From a bacterium (GTDB taxonomy: Bacteria > UBA10199 > 2-02-FULL-50-16 > JAJFLM01), in the NCBI GenBank assembly GCA_965216315.1, contig CBDCFN010000015.1:1-64000 (forward strand): a stretch of 64,000 nt of DNA. The letters are read 5' to 3'. Position numbers and translations under genes: made by a program. The notes under the pieces were generated by a model. The model was not told where the DNA came from. It saw only the letters and a list, made by a program, of their open reading frames with translations, and did not search any database. Below are positions 49,448 through 58,715 of the stretch, piece after piece (positions within the stretch are counted from its first letter, which is position 1; each line of letters begins with the position of its first letter).

Positions 49448-49762
49448 TTAGGCTTCGACTAACTTCTGCAACTCGCCACGCTGAAATAATTCCAATACGA
49501 TATCACAACCGCCTACAAACTCGCCGTTGACAAAAACCTGTGGAATCGTCGGCCAATCGGAATAAGTTTTGATCCCGGCACGAATAGATGGATCCGAAAG
49601 CACATCAATCGCCTTGTATTGAATGTTGAGTTCATTAAGGACTTGGACGGTCTTAGCCGAAAAACCACATTGGGGCGCTTCGGGAATACCCTTCATAAAA
49701 ATGACTACTTTATTGCCTTTGACTTCATCATCAATAATTTTTTGGACGGCTTCTTCTGACAT
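49448..49762 (-). CDS. grxD: Monothiol glutaredoxin
   Basis: CGFS, WPTIPQ, GGCD. Confidence 0.95.
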   Translation of the reverse strand: MSEEAVQKIIDDEVKGNKVVIFMKGIPEAPQCGFSAKTVQVLNELNIQYKAIDVLSDPSIRAGIKTYSDWPTIPQVFVNGEFVGGCDIVLELFQRGELQKLVEA

Positions 49763-49777
49763 GATTCTATTTCCTTC

Positions 49778-50038
49778 TTATGCGGTGTTCTTATTGCGCC
49801 ATTCTTCGGGAGTATAGGTATTCAAGGTCAACGCATGAATTGCCCCTCCCTTGTCCTCGAAACAATCAGCCATGATCTCATAGATCATGCGATGCTGTTT
49901 GAGCATCATGAGTCCCTCAAACTGCGGAGCAATGACGGTCATACTGAACTTATTCCGACTGCACGAGATATCGTCCATTAAGACTTCAGCCCCCGGCAAT
50001 TCACTTTGTAAGCGTTTAACGATGTCCGCCGGCGCCAT
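49778..50038 (-). CDS. bolA: BolA/IbaG family protein
   Basis: F.G...LKQHR.IY, IHAL; adjacent to grxD; start uncertain (50038 or 50089). Confidence 0.88.
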   Translation of the reverse strand: MAPADIVKRLQSELPGAEVLMDDISCSRNKFSMTVIAPQFEGLMMLKQHRMIYEIMADCFEDKGGAIHALTLNTYTPEEWRNKNTA

Positions 50039-50159
50039 CTCGCGCCCCTTCGTTCCACAATTGTATTTTTCTTTCGGCTCTGCATTCATAGTAGACAATC
50101 ACTGACCAATATTGTCATACATTGCAAGCAAAATGTGAACCCCTATCGACGGAGGAACG

Positions 50160-50621
50160 ATGGCAAAGCTCAAAGCAGGCGATAAGGCCCCCGCATTCAG
50201 CCTCAAGGCCGATGATGGCAACAAATACACCCTTTCCAAGCTCAAAGGCCAAAAGGTCATCCTGTATTTTTACCCCAAGGACAACACCCCCGGCTGCACG
50301 ATTCAGGCCTGCGAGTACACTGCCATGCAAAAAGATTTCAAAAAGCAGGGTGCGATCGTCCTCGGCGTCAGCAAAGACTCGTTAGAGAGCCATGAGAAGT
50401 TCCGCAAGGACCACAAGCTCAAGATCCCGCTCCTTTCCGATCCCGACCTTAAAGTCCACAAGGCCTATGGCGCTTATGGCAAAAAGGTCCTCTACGGCAA
50501 AGAAAGTATTGGCGTGATTCGCACGACAGCCGTAATCGACGAGAAAGGCAAGATTATTTCGATTGGCAAAGTCCGTGCCAAAGGAAACGCCGAAAAATCA
50601 CTACAGATCATTACCGATTAA
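50160..50621 (+). CDS. bcp: Thioredoxin-dependent peroxiredoxin BCP
   Basis: YFYPKDNTPGCTIQAC, GVS.D..SH.KF. Confidence 0.93.
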   Translation: MAKLKAGDKAPAFSLKADDGNKYTLSKLKGQKVILYFYPKDNTPGCTIQACEYTAMQKDFKKQGAIVLGVSKDSLESHEKFRKDHKLKIPLLSDPDLKVHKAYGAYGKKVLYGKESIGVIRTTAVIDEKGKIISIGKVRAKGNAEKSLQIITD

Positions 50622-50695
50622 TCTCGTGTTGCCGCACATCCCGCCATGCTATACACTCCGTCACCTTATTATGAATTGGAAATAGGAGGTAACTA

Positions 50696-50902
50696 ATGGC
50701 TATTGTCAAAGTGATCGAAGTTTTAGCTCAAGGGAACACCTTGGAGGCCGCGACAGAAGCAGCGCTTACAGAAGCATCCGAAACGGTGAATAATATTAAA
50801 CATATTTACATCAAGGAAATGCAGGCCATCGTCGAGAACAATAAGATTACCAACTACCGGGTCAATGCTAAGATCTCATTCCTGGTTGGAAAGGGAGTCT
50901 AA
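50696..50902 (+). CDS. Dodecin family protein
   Basis: KVIEV, A..EAS.T..NI, YRVN.KISF; AGGAGG RBS. Confidence 0.9.
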   Translation: MAIVKVIEVLAQGNTLEAATEAALTEASETVNNIKHIYIKEMQAIVENNKITNYRVNAKISFLVGKGV

Positions 50903-50924
50903 CAGCTTCTTTGGAATCGTTTTT

Positions 50925-50952
50925 GTAGGGGCGTAGCACGCTACGCCCCTAC
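50925..50952. repeat. GTAG-family REP palindrome
   Basis: GTAGGGGCGTAGC-AC-GCTACGCCCCTAC. Confidence 0.8.
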
Positions 50953-51002
50953 TTAAGTGTTGACTCGCGTTAACAGATAACATGCTTTAAAAAATTCTGA
51001 AT

Positions 51003-51030
51003 GCAACTCAGCTATGCTGTAACCGATAAG
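51003..51030 (+). promoter_or_regulatory. CAAC-N16-CGAT promoter motif, leaderless
   Basis: GCAAC-tcagctatgctgtaac-CGATAAG; ATG 51037 lies 9 nt after CGAT. Confidence 0.7.
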
Positions 51031-51036
51031 GCCAGC

Positions 51037-51888
51037 ATGGTAATGAATCCTTGTCTATATTCAGCTACTTTGTTGCCCGCTTGTACGGCACTCAGTTCCC
51101 AAGTCACAGTATCTTGTTTGAGTGACACTGGTATCACTTCTGCAAATAGTAACCACCTCAGCTTGTCGCGAAATGCTGCACAGGAACTGATCGACTATTC
51201 ACATCGCATTATTGCAGGACCTTTCCCCCGACTTAACTCCGTAAAACTGCTTAACGATTTAAATAAAATCGGTGAATCACGGGACTATGATGCCGGTTTT
51301 GTTGGCGCATTGATGTATCTCTGCAGTCCTGAAGCCATCAACAAGCTGACCTTATTGGGAAGCACACTCGTAGCCCACCAGGACCTCTACGCTGATACTA
51401 CTGTTCAAGAGCTGCGCCATCGCGCGATTCGACAAATCTTAGTCCGCGCGCCCACAGCTGGAAGCTTTATATTTGTAAAGTTATCTGATTCATTAGACCG
51501 TGAAACGTACGCCCATCAGCAGGCGCATGAATTTGCGAAGAGATCTCTCGAGCAATTCCCTATTGGTCTCGACGACGTTGAAGACCCAATTATCGTCATG
51601 ACACCAGACATCCAAACCGTCATAATCGGGAGAAGCCCTGACACGGACCTAACGCTTTCAAACCTTCACGTTTCGAGTGTTCACGCCCGGATCGATCAAG
51701 ACGAAGTCGGCAACTACTACTTAATCGATATGGGCTCGGCGAACGGAACATACTTCAAAGGTCATCGACTGGCGACAAATGAAGGGGTAAAAATCAAACC
51801 TGGAGAGTTTTTTCATATTGCCAATGTTCGTGTTCAATTCACTGAAGCGACTACCCCACCTCATCATACGGCCTCAATCGAAACTTAA
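51037..51888 (+). CDS. FHA-domain protein with an orphan N-terminal region
   Basis: IGR, VSS.HA, D.GS.NGT FHA motifs. Confidence 0.8.
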   Translation: MVMNPCLYSATLLPACTALSSQVTVSCLSDTGITSANSNHLSLSRNAAQELIDYSHRIIAGPFPRLNSVKLLNDLNKIGESRDYDAGFVGALMYLCSPEAINKLTLLGSTLVAHQDLYADTTVQELRHRAIRQILVRAPTAGSFIFVKLSDSLDRETYAHQQAHEFAKRSLEQFPIGLDDVEDPIIVMTPDIQTVIIGRSPDTDLTLSNLHVSSVHARIDQDEVGNYYLIDMGSANGTYFKGHRLATNEGVKIKPGEFFHIANVRVQFTEATTPPHHTASIET

Positions 51889-53233
51889 CCCCCAATTCGT
51901 CTTCGGCAATTTCACGACAGGTCTCGATGTCAAGATTGGGCACGCCCACGACGGATGCGGTCACGTCAAGGATATGTCGTTTCGCTTCTTTGATGAACTC
52001 TTTAACGTGCTCATAAGCATCCTCGCCGTACTTGGAAGGACAGAGTTTGGCATAAGTCTTGGCATCGGGCGCATTGAGTGAAATTGAAATAGAGTCGATC
52101 AAGCCAGCGAGCTCCGGTAGGATGTTGCGGCCATGGACGAGGTTGGCAAGCCCCTCCGTGTCGAGTCGGATGTGTGAAGCCCCGCGCGCGCGCAATTGCT
52201 TGGCAACACTCTCGAGTAAATCAATACGCAAAGTCGATTCGCCAAAACCACAAAAGACAACTTCTTGATATAGCGACGGATCCCCAACCGCCTCGAGTAT
52301 CTCCTCCTCTGTCGGTTCGTGGTCGAGCTGGAGATAATGGCCCTTGACGATCCAATCGTCAAACTTAGGGCAGAAACGACACGCTAAGGTACATTGGTTC
52401 GTGATATTGAGATACAGGTTATTGCGGATCTTATACGCGATCTTGGCCGCATCATCAGGTAAATCTATCGACAAACCGAAGAGTTCTTTGGTATTGCGCG
52501 CGGAGATGCGCTCAATATCTTCGACACTGACACCTTTCAACTCTGCAACTTTTTCCGCGACATGTCTGACAAAGGCCGGCTCATTCCGTTTTCCGCGTTT
52601 CGGAACCGGCGCCAAATAGGGAGAGTCCGTTTCAATGAGAAAACGATCCCGCGGAATATTTCGCGCGACATTTTGTAGTTCTTCCGCCTTCTTAAAACTC
52701 ACGATCCCGGAAAACGAAACGTACCAACCCTTGCGCACAACCCGTTTGGCCGTCTCCAGGTCGCCGGTATAACAATGAAAGACGCCGCCGCCCTTCCAAC
52801 CATCAGTCTCGTCGAGGATGCGGAAACAATCCTCAAACGCATCTCGGCAGTGGATGACGATGGGCAATTTGACTTCTTTCGCCAGCTGGATCTGTTCGCG
52901 AAAGATCTGCTGCTGAACCTCGGGAGGTGAATGCTTGTAATAATAATCCAGTCCGATTTCACCAATCGCGACGACTTTTTCGTCGGCTGCCATCGTTTGA
53001 ATCGTGGCTAAATCACCTTCCTGAACGGTCGCTGCCTCATGGGGATGAAAACCGACGGCGGCGTAGATGAAAGGATACTCGTGTGCCAACTTCACACACT
53101 CTTGGCTGGTCGCAATATCGGTGCCGACATTGATCAGGCAGCCGACGCCGGCTTCTTGGAGACGCGTAATGACCTCAGGCAGTTCGTCCTTAAAATCATC
53201 AAAATGAATATGGGCGTGGGAGTCGATTAGCAT
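51851..53233 (-). CDS. tatD: TatD nuclease fused to a TatD-associated radical SAM domain
   Basis: IDSHAH, GEIGLDY, H.R, ETD.PYL; then YLNITN.C...C.FC, EVVFCG.GE; start ATG 53233. Confidence 0.92.
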   Translation of the reverse strand: MLIDSHAHIHFDDFKDELPEVITRLQEAGVGCLINVGTDIATSQECVKLAHEYPFIYAAVGFHPHEAATVQEGDLATIQTMAADEKVVAIGEIGLDYYYKHSPPEVQQQIFREQIQLAKEVKLPIVIHCRDAFEDCFRILDETDGWKGGGVFHCYTGDLETAKRVVRKGWYVSFSGIVSFKKAEELQNVARNIPRDRFLIETDSPYLAPVPKRGKRNEPAFVRHVAEKVAELKGVSVEDIERISARNTKELFGLSIDLPDDAAKIAYKIRNNLYLNITNQCTLACRFCPKFDDWIVKGHYLQLDHEPTEEEILEAVGDPSLYQEVVFCGFGESTLRIDLLESVAKQLRARGASHIRLDTEGLANLVHGRNILPELAGLIDSISISLNAPDAKTYAKLCPSKYGEDAYEHVKEFIKEAKRHILDVTASVVGVPNLDIETCREIAEDELGVKFRLRPYDEVG

Positions 53234-53264
53234 TCTGTAGACATAAGCACTTTTTTTATGGCAA

Positions 53265-53840
53265 TTGCAACGGGACATGTTTGCCACGCACCCCTTCGAT
53301 CGCCTCTCCACGCATAACCTCTGGATGACTTTTTGCGTCGCTATCATCGGCACACTGGCCTTGGGTGCGCTCTTCTCGATTTGGGGACGCGTCCTCATCC
53401 ACGAAGACGCCCCGCTCGGCATTCTCTCATTTGAGTTCATGTGGAACCAAGCCGGCGTCGAACGAGTCATGGGACCTTGGAGCGACACCGTGCGCCGCGC
53501 CATGTTGTACATCAACCTCGTCGATTTCATCTACATGATCACTTACAGCACGACACTCGCCACCGCCGCCTTATTGATTCGCCGCAAGGCCGGCGCACTC
53601 GGCTTAAAACAACTCGCCAAGCTCGGCATCATGGTCGCGTGGTTCGCATGGTTTGCCGCCGGTTTTGACGTCATCGAAAACCTCGTCGGCTTCCCCATCT
53701 TGTTAGGTCACGCGGCCATGCCCTGGGCCGCCATCATGGGCATGGCCGCCGGGATTAAATTTTTGATCTTGCTCGATATCCTGCTGTATATTGTCTTCAT
53801 CTCATTCTTTCTCTTGGTCATAGGAATGAAAAAACAATGA
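53265..53840 (+). CDS. Membrane protein of unknown function
   Basis: Four or more hydrophobic segments, D..EN and KF motifs; overlaps the panE start. Confidence 0.7.
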   Translation: MQRDMFATHPFDRLSTHNLWMTFCVAIIGTLALGALFSIWGRVLIHEDAPLGILSFEFMWNQAGVERVMGPWSDTVRRAMLYINLVDFIYMITYSTTLATAALLIRRKAGALGLKQLAKLGIMVAWFAWFAAGFDVIENLVGFPILLGHAAMPWAAIMGMAAGIKFLILLDILLYIVFISFFLLVIGMKKQ

Positions 53841-54748
53841 AAATCTTAATGGCGGGGGCCGGTGCGGTCGGCGGTTATTATGGGGCGATGCTGGCGCGTA
53901 GTGGACAAGACGTCACGCTCCTCGCGCGTGGCAAGACTCTCGAAGTTTTGCGCTCCAACAAGTTACGCGTGAACAGTTACGAAGGGGATTTTGAAATCCA
54001 GCTCAAGGTCGTCGAATCAATCGATGAGATGGATGCGGCCGACCTGATTATCATTACGACAAAAACTTATGACACCGACACCATCCTCCAACAGATAAAG
54101 CCCCTCGTCGGCGAAAACACGCTCTTACTATCCCTACAAAACGGCGTCGAAACCGAACTCAAAATGGTCGCGTATTTTGATAAACACAATGTCCTCGGTG
54201 GCATTTGTTATATCGGCGCCGAGGTCACGGAACCGGGCACTATTGTCCACAGTGCCGACGGCCAAATTGCGATCGGTGAACTAAGCGGTGAACAATCGGA
54301 ACGGGTACAGGCCATCGCAACGATCTTCGGCAAAGCCGGCATCCGTACGACCCTCTCCACCGATATTCAGCGTCTGCTCTGGAAAAAACTCCTGTGGAAC
54401 GCGCCCTTCAATCAGGTCTGCGCCATCGCTCGCTCCTCGGTAGGAGACATCCTCGATTCACCGGAGATGTGGGATTTGTTACGAGCTGTAGGTCATGAAG
54501 TCGTGACGCTCGCCCAGGCCAATGATGTTCCGTTAACGGAAGAAGATATCGAGGAGCACCTGACTTTCTCAGACGAAAAACTCCGCAGCGTGCGTCCGTC
54601 TCTCCTCCAGGACCTCGAACGCGGCAAGCGCCTGGAACACGAGACCTTTGGCGGCTACCTGGTCCGCGAGGGCCGGCGACTGAACATTCCGACGCCGGTC
54701 AATGAAACACTGTATCAGTTGCTTTGTTTCTTAGATACGGCCAGATAA
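53837..54748 (+). CDS. panE: 2-dehydropantoate 2-reductase
   Basis: GAGAVG, K.YD, LQNG, W.KL.WN, S.LQD...G..LE. Confidence 0.9.
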   Translation: MKILMAGAGAVGGYYGAMLARSGQDVTLLARGKTLEVLRSNKLRVNSYEGDFEIQLKVVESIDEMDAADLIIITTKTYDTDTILQQIKPLVGENTLLLSLQNGVETELKMVAYFDKHNVLGGICYIGAEVTEPGTIVHSADGQIAIGELSGEQSERVQAIATIFGKAGIRTTLSTDIQRLLWKKLLWNAPFNQVCAIARSSVGDILDSPEMWDLLRAVGHEVVTLAQANDVPLTEEDIEEHLTFSDEKLRSVRPSLLQDLERGKRLEHETFGGYLVREGRRLNIPTPVNETLYQLLCFLDTAR

Positions 54749-54794
54749 AAGTATTGTACTTCCATCCGAATTAAGTAAATAAACTCTCCCTTAC

Positions 54795-54881
54795 GGAGAG
54801 GTGGCCGAGTGGTTGAAGGCGCCGGTCTCGAAAACCGGTGTGCCCTTCGGGGTACCGAGGGTTCGAATCCCTCCCTCTCCG
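54795..54881 (+). tRNA. tRNA-Ser (CGA)
   Basis: GGAGAGGTGGCCGAGTGG...CCGGT-CTCGAAA-ACCGG, long variable arm, GGTTCGAATCC. Confidence 0.95.
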
Positions 54882-54906
54882 CAGTTATTGTCGTAAATTT
54901 TGAGAA

Positions 54907-54934
54907 GCAACTTCTGGGAATGCGCGCCGATGAA
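54907..54934 (+). promoter_or_regulatory. CAAC-N16-CGAT promoter motif, leaderless
   Basis: GCAAC-ttctgggaatgcgcgc-CGATGAAG; ATG 54941 lies 9 nt after CGAT. Confidence 0.7.
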
Positions 54935-54940
54935 GGGCCC

Positions 54941-55855
54941 ATGTTAGGTGCTGTGTCCTCCACTCAATTACTGAGTACCGCTTTGCCCGCAATGGTTCTG
55001 GCCTCCGGTCCGTCTACGTTAGGACCCTTTGATGGCTTTGCACCGGTCCAATTAGGCCAGGCCTTTCAACCAGCACAGGGCTCAACGCGGCTCTTCGAAT
55101 CACAGCCCGCGGCACAAGTATCTTTTCAAGGCCCGGAGCCGACAACCCAAACCGACGTCGCCTCTGCAGGCTTAGGCCTTGGTCTCGCATTGATTGTCGG
55201 CGGTGCCTTAACGGCCGCCTACTTAGTCACTCGTTTCCTCAAAGCAGATCCTCAACCCGCTGAAAAGACCTTGAGCGCGGCGGAAACCCTCGATAAATTT
55301 TTTAAGCTCATGGAAGGAAAGCATCAAGGGGAGCCCATCCGCATGCACATTGACTCCAAAGAAATAGGACTCGAAGCCCTCCGCATCTGGGCGGCCTGCG
55401 CGGGGGTAATGCCAGAAGAGGAACAATATGCAATCACCCTTGGAGCCCTCCAGCTCTTTGAGATGCCACCTGAATATTATCTCATGGCCAACCGGCCGGA
55501 TAAGAGCCGGTACTACGCTCATATCGCACGCAGTCAGATACAAACAGATGATGTCGCCGATCTGTTCCCCGACGTAATCGACTTGATTGAAATTAATTTT
55601 CGCAACGCCAACATGGTCCCTGCTGGAACCCAGATCATCAGTCCTCAAGGAGTCGCGACGGCCGATGTTCGTGATGACCGCTTTGTCATCCGCTTTGAAC
55701 CGCGCTCCAACGTTAAGATTAATATCCACGAGATGATCGACCGTTTACGCGAAAACTATGGACGTATCACCCCGTCCCGGTACCACTTAGATATCTATTT
55801 CGAATATGCATCAGGTGAAATGATTAAGATTTTCGATGCTAATCGGGTGGCTTGA
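54941..55855 (+). CDS. Orphan protein with one internal TM helix
   Basis: Start ATG 54941 (longer ORF overlaps tRNA-Ser); GLGLGLALIVGGAL helix. Confidence 0.7.
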   Translation: MLGAVSSTQLLSTALPAMVLASGPSTLGPFDGFAPVQLGQAFQPAQGSTRLFESQPAAQVSFQGPEPTTQTDVASAGLGLGLALIVGGALTAAYLVTRFLKADPQPAEKTLSAAETLDKFFKLMEGKHQGEPIRMHIDSKEIGLEALRIWAACAGVMPEEEQYAITLGALQLFEMPPEYYLMANRPDKSRYYAHIARSQIQTDDVADLFPDVIDLIEINFRNANMVPAGTQIISPQGVATADVRDDRFVIRFEPRSNVKINIHEMIDRLRENYGRITPSRYHLDIYFEYASGEMIKIFDANRVA

Positions 55856-55891
55856 CGCAGTCGCTCAACGAAAATTCGCAAGCAATACCCC

Positions 55892-55917
55892 ACAACTTAA
55901 GCCCTCAAGAACCGAAG
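55892..55917 (+). promoter_or_regulatory. CAAC-N16-CGAA promoter motif variant
   Basis: ACAAC-ttaagccctcaagaac-CGAAG. Confidence 0.45.
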
Positions 55918-55957
55918 CATAATTCAGTGCGCATAGAGAGAAAGTGAGGATAACCTC

Positions 55958-56452
55958 ATGGGAGAAGGCGCACGTATTGAGGGTGTTCACCTTAACGCCG
56001 GAATCGGCGCGGGATACACCTTAAGGCCTGGACTAAGCGGTGAAGAAAATCGATTGAGCCTGGATGGAGCCGTCGTCGCCAACTTTGACACCTATGTGTC
56101 TGACTGGCGCAGCTTTCGTTGGATCGCCGGAGTCACCGGCGGTTATGAATATCAACCGCAATCAGGACCGGGTTTTGATGAAGGATCCGGGGACGCATTC
56201 CACATCGGTGGCATGCTTGGAACCTATTTTGGCGCATACGGCCCTGTGTTCTATCTCGGCGGAGATATCAATCCAAGAGCTACCTGGTTTACCGGCAATG
56301 ATTCCCCCCAGTTTGAGCTAGGGCTCAATTTGCGAGCCATCGCCACACTAGGCAACTTTAATGCTAGTTTGAGTGTTGGCGCTATTCTGAACACGGCGGA
56401 CGCAAGTCGCAGCGGTTTTCAGGCCAGTCTCGCCGCCCTGCTCTACTTGTAG
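55958..56452 (+). CDS. Beta-strand-rich (beta-barrel-like) protein without a Sec signal
   Basis: GAGGA RBS; alternating Gly/aromatic strands; ends LLYL. Confidence 0.6.
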   Translation: MGEGARIEGVHLNAGIGAGYTLRPGLSGEENRLSLDGAVVANFDTYVSDWRSFRWIAGVTGGYEYQPQSGPGFDEGSGDAFHIGGMLGTYFGAYGPVFYLGGDINPRATWFTGNDSPQFELGLNLRAIATLGNFNASLSVGAILNTADASRSGFQASLAALLYL

Positions 56453-56464
56453 TGAGGAGGCCCA

Positions 56465-57184
56465 ATGGGCGATGCGGACCGCGATCGACTACTATTCGCG
56501 GCCGGCGGCTGCGCTTCCGGTTTTTTATGGAGCGTCCTCGCCGGTGAAGCGGATCTAGGTACAGGCGAAGGCTGGGGCCGCGCATTGATGGGATGCGCGG
56601 GCAGCGCTGCCAATGCCTTCACCTTGCATTGGATTACCGACCAGTTCACGACCAACGACGACATACCTAACATCGTCGCCGGGAGCTGGCTGGGAGCACA
56701 ATCCCTCGCCAGTATGACCAACTGGATCGGCCACGAACAAGGCTGGGAACGTGAACCGGCCTTTAATGCCGTCGCCATCCCGCTCAATTTCGCGGCCGCC
56801 CCTGCGTTTTCCAGCCTCGGACTCGTGTGGGCCGGTATCGGTGAAATTGCGACCGGATTTACCGGCGACGTGTCCGCTTTCGGAGGCATGTTGATCTTTG
56901 ATCACAACCTCTGTTTGAGTGCGATGAATACCGGCGCCATTGGCCATTGCTTTAATGCCAGTAGTGACTATTTACCAAGACACGAACAGGGTCACCAGGT
57001 TCAGTTTTCCATCATGGGCGATGTCGGCATGCTGACAATCGGAACCACTGATTTCTTAGTCGGGACAATTGGAACCCTCCCTTCGACCTACGGCGCCTAT
57101 ATCTTTGTCGCGGGTCCCGGTGCGTTGACGCTCGAGCCTTGGGCCAACGATTATGCCGGGACATTTAATTTAAGCAGTCCCTAA
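56465..57184 (+). CDS. Hydrophobic hypothetical protein with an HExGH motif
   Basis: GAGGAGG RBS; RHEQGHQVQ....G and E.WA pattern of zincin-like domains. Confidence 0.6.
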   Translation: MGDADRDRLLFAAGGCASGFLWSVLAGEADLGTGEGWGRALMGCAGSAANAFTLHWITDQFTTNDDIPNIVAGSWLGAQSLASMTNWIGHEQGWEREPAFNAVAIPLNFAAAPAFSSLGLVWAGIGEIATGFTGDVSAFGGMLIFDHNLCLSAMNTGAIGHCFNASSDYLPRHEQGHQVQFSIMGDVGMLTIGTTDFLVGTIGTLPSTYGAYIFVAGPGALTLEPWANDYAGTFNLSSP

Positions 57185-57192
57185 TAATCATT

Positions 57193-57229
57193 AAATCCCT
57201 CCTAGCCTCCCTTTACAAAGGGGGATTTT
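57193..57229. repeat. REP-like element (CCCTTTACAAAGGG family)
   Basis: AAATCCCTCCTAGCCTCCCTTTACAAAGGGGGATTT; similar to 21131-21175. Confidence 0.7.
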
Positions 57230-57255
57230 TCGGAATTTTTCGAAAGGATGGCCTC

Positions 57256-57283
57256 ACAACGAAGCCCGAAAAACCGCGATAAG
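57256..57283 (+). promoter_or_regulatory. CAAC-N16-CGAT promoter motif, leaderless
   Basis: ACAAC-gaagcccgaaaaaccg-CGATAAG; ATG 57289 lies 8 nt after CGAT. Confidence 0.7.
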
Positions 57284-57288
57284 CGGGC

Positions 57289-58713
57289 ATGATCCCTCTT
57301 CAGGCCACATCTGCCCTAAGTCCGACGCTACTGGCAGCAAGTTCATTGATCCCCTACGCGGGCCTTGCGGACACCGCGCGCCTCGTGGCGAACCCACAAC
57401 GCGAACGAGACTTACCCGTCGCGGCATCTTTGACCGCGCACGTTGTGTCGCGGGGCCTGAATGCGGCCCTGCCCACGGTCATTCGCGGGGCTCGACGCTT
57501 CCTCAGGGCGCGGGAAACGACAATCCATCCATCACAGCAGGTCGTTTTACTCAGTGGGAGTCAAACAAGAGCCAGCGCGCAGCTGCGCCGTGAGCTCTCA
57601 CAAAACTATCCGCGCGCACAGTTTACCAACCCCTTGATTCAACAAGCCCTTGACCTGGTTGCGTCCGGACGTCTGGGAGAATTATTCAGCTTGGTCGCTC
57701 AACAACGCCCTTACCTCATTGATTTCCAGCGGCCCATGCTCAGCAAGATTCTCCAGCATGTTGCCACTCACTTTCCTGAGGTATCCGGTCGCGAGGTCCT
57801 CGCACCTAATTTTCTCAGTAGCGACAAAGCAATGCGAGCCGAAGATATCTTCCGCCCCGACATGTTCGATAAAGTCAATTCGCGCGGGTTGGTCGCGTGC
57901 AGTGAACATTTATTTGAACGCGAACCGGCCCACAAGTTTGGTGTCGCGATACAGCCCGAAGACACGACGCTCTGGCGTATGATTGGCCGTCTTCCCCAAG
58001 GAGCCGTTGTCGCCGACTGGGGCGGCGGCATTGGAATCGCCGCGTTGCTCGCCAAGCTCATGCGTCCGGATTTAGAGGTCTACGTCAATGACCTCCACGC
58101 CCCCGAGGTCCTCATGGCACATGCGATGGCACTGGCGGCCACACGTGCTGAGTTGAGTCAGATCACCCGCTACACCGTCGGTGATCCCGATGTTGCCTTG
58201 GACCGAAATGGCCGACTGCAGCATGCCTTTGAGTTTCCGCTTACGGCCGCGCAGTTACACTCAAAATTGCACTACCTGACGGGAGATGCCGGTCGCATCA
58301 GGCTACCTGAGGGTAAGCAAGCCAACCTGATGATTTCGGCCTCGTTAAGCCCGTACGTTCCCAATCCACTGGGGCTGTTTCTCCACATGTATGATCAGTT
58401 AGCTCCGGGCGGCATCGTCGCCAGCACGGTAACGACCGAAATTCTTAATGCGAGCCAAGACTGGACGACGGATAAATCCGTGATCAGTGAATTTTCCGCG
58501 GAACTGGCGCGTCAGGGAATCCCCGTCGAAATGACCCCCAATAAAATGACACTCGTTGTCCAACGACCCGATGCAAGTCGGCTGCGTTTGACGGCGGAAT
58601 TTCTTGAGTCTTCGCTCGGTTCGGTTCGCCTCCCTATGTCTCCTTTCATGAATCGCTACACGAGTTTTTACCGCCCAAACGAAGGGCAACGGCGCTGGGT
58701 GGAACGGGAGTAA
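57289..58713 (+). CDS. Class I SAM-dependent methyltransferase with an orphan N-terminal half
   Basis: VADWGGGIG, YLTGDA, YVPNP...L.PGG. Confidence 0.75.
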   Translation: MIPLQATSALSPTLLAASSLIPYAGLADTARLVANPQRERDLPVAASLTAHVVSRGLNAALPTVIRGARRFLRARETTIHPSQQVVLLSGSQTRASAQLRRELSQNYPRAQFTNPLIQQALDLVASGRLGELFSLVAQQRPYLIDFQRPMLSKILQHVATHFPEVSGREVLAPNFLSSDKAMRAEDIFRPDMFDKVNSRGLVACSEHLFEREPAHKFGVAIQPEDTTLWRMIGRLPQGAVVADWGGGIGIAALLAKLMRPDLEVYVNDLHAPEVLMAHAMALAATRAELSQITRYTVGDPDVALDRNGRLQHAFEFPLTAAQLHSKLHYLTGDAGRIRLPEGKQANLMISASLSPYVPNPLGLFLHMYDQLAPGGIVASTVTTEILNASQDWTTDKSVISEFSAELARQGIPVEMTPNKMTLVVQRPDASRLRLTAEFLESSLGSVRLPMSPFMNRYTSFYRPNEGQRRWVERE

Positions 58714-58715
58714 TT

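Noticed and set aside
54809..54940. N-terminal extension of the 348-aa ORF
   Set aside because: It overlaps tRNA-Ser; ATG 54941 after the promoter motif is more plausible.
55958..57184. One gene split by a nonsense mutation or read-through (both ORFs are in the same frame)
   Set aside because: Two consecutive stops (TAG TGA) and a strong GAGGAGG RBS before 56465 indicate separate genes.
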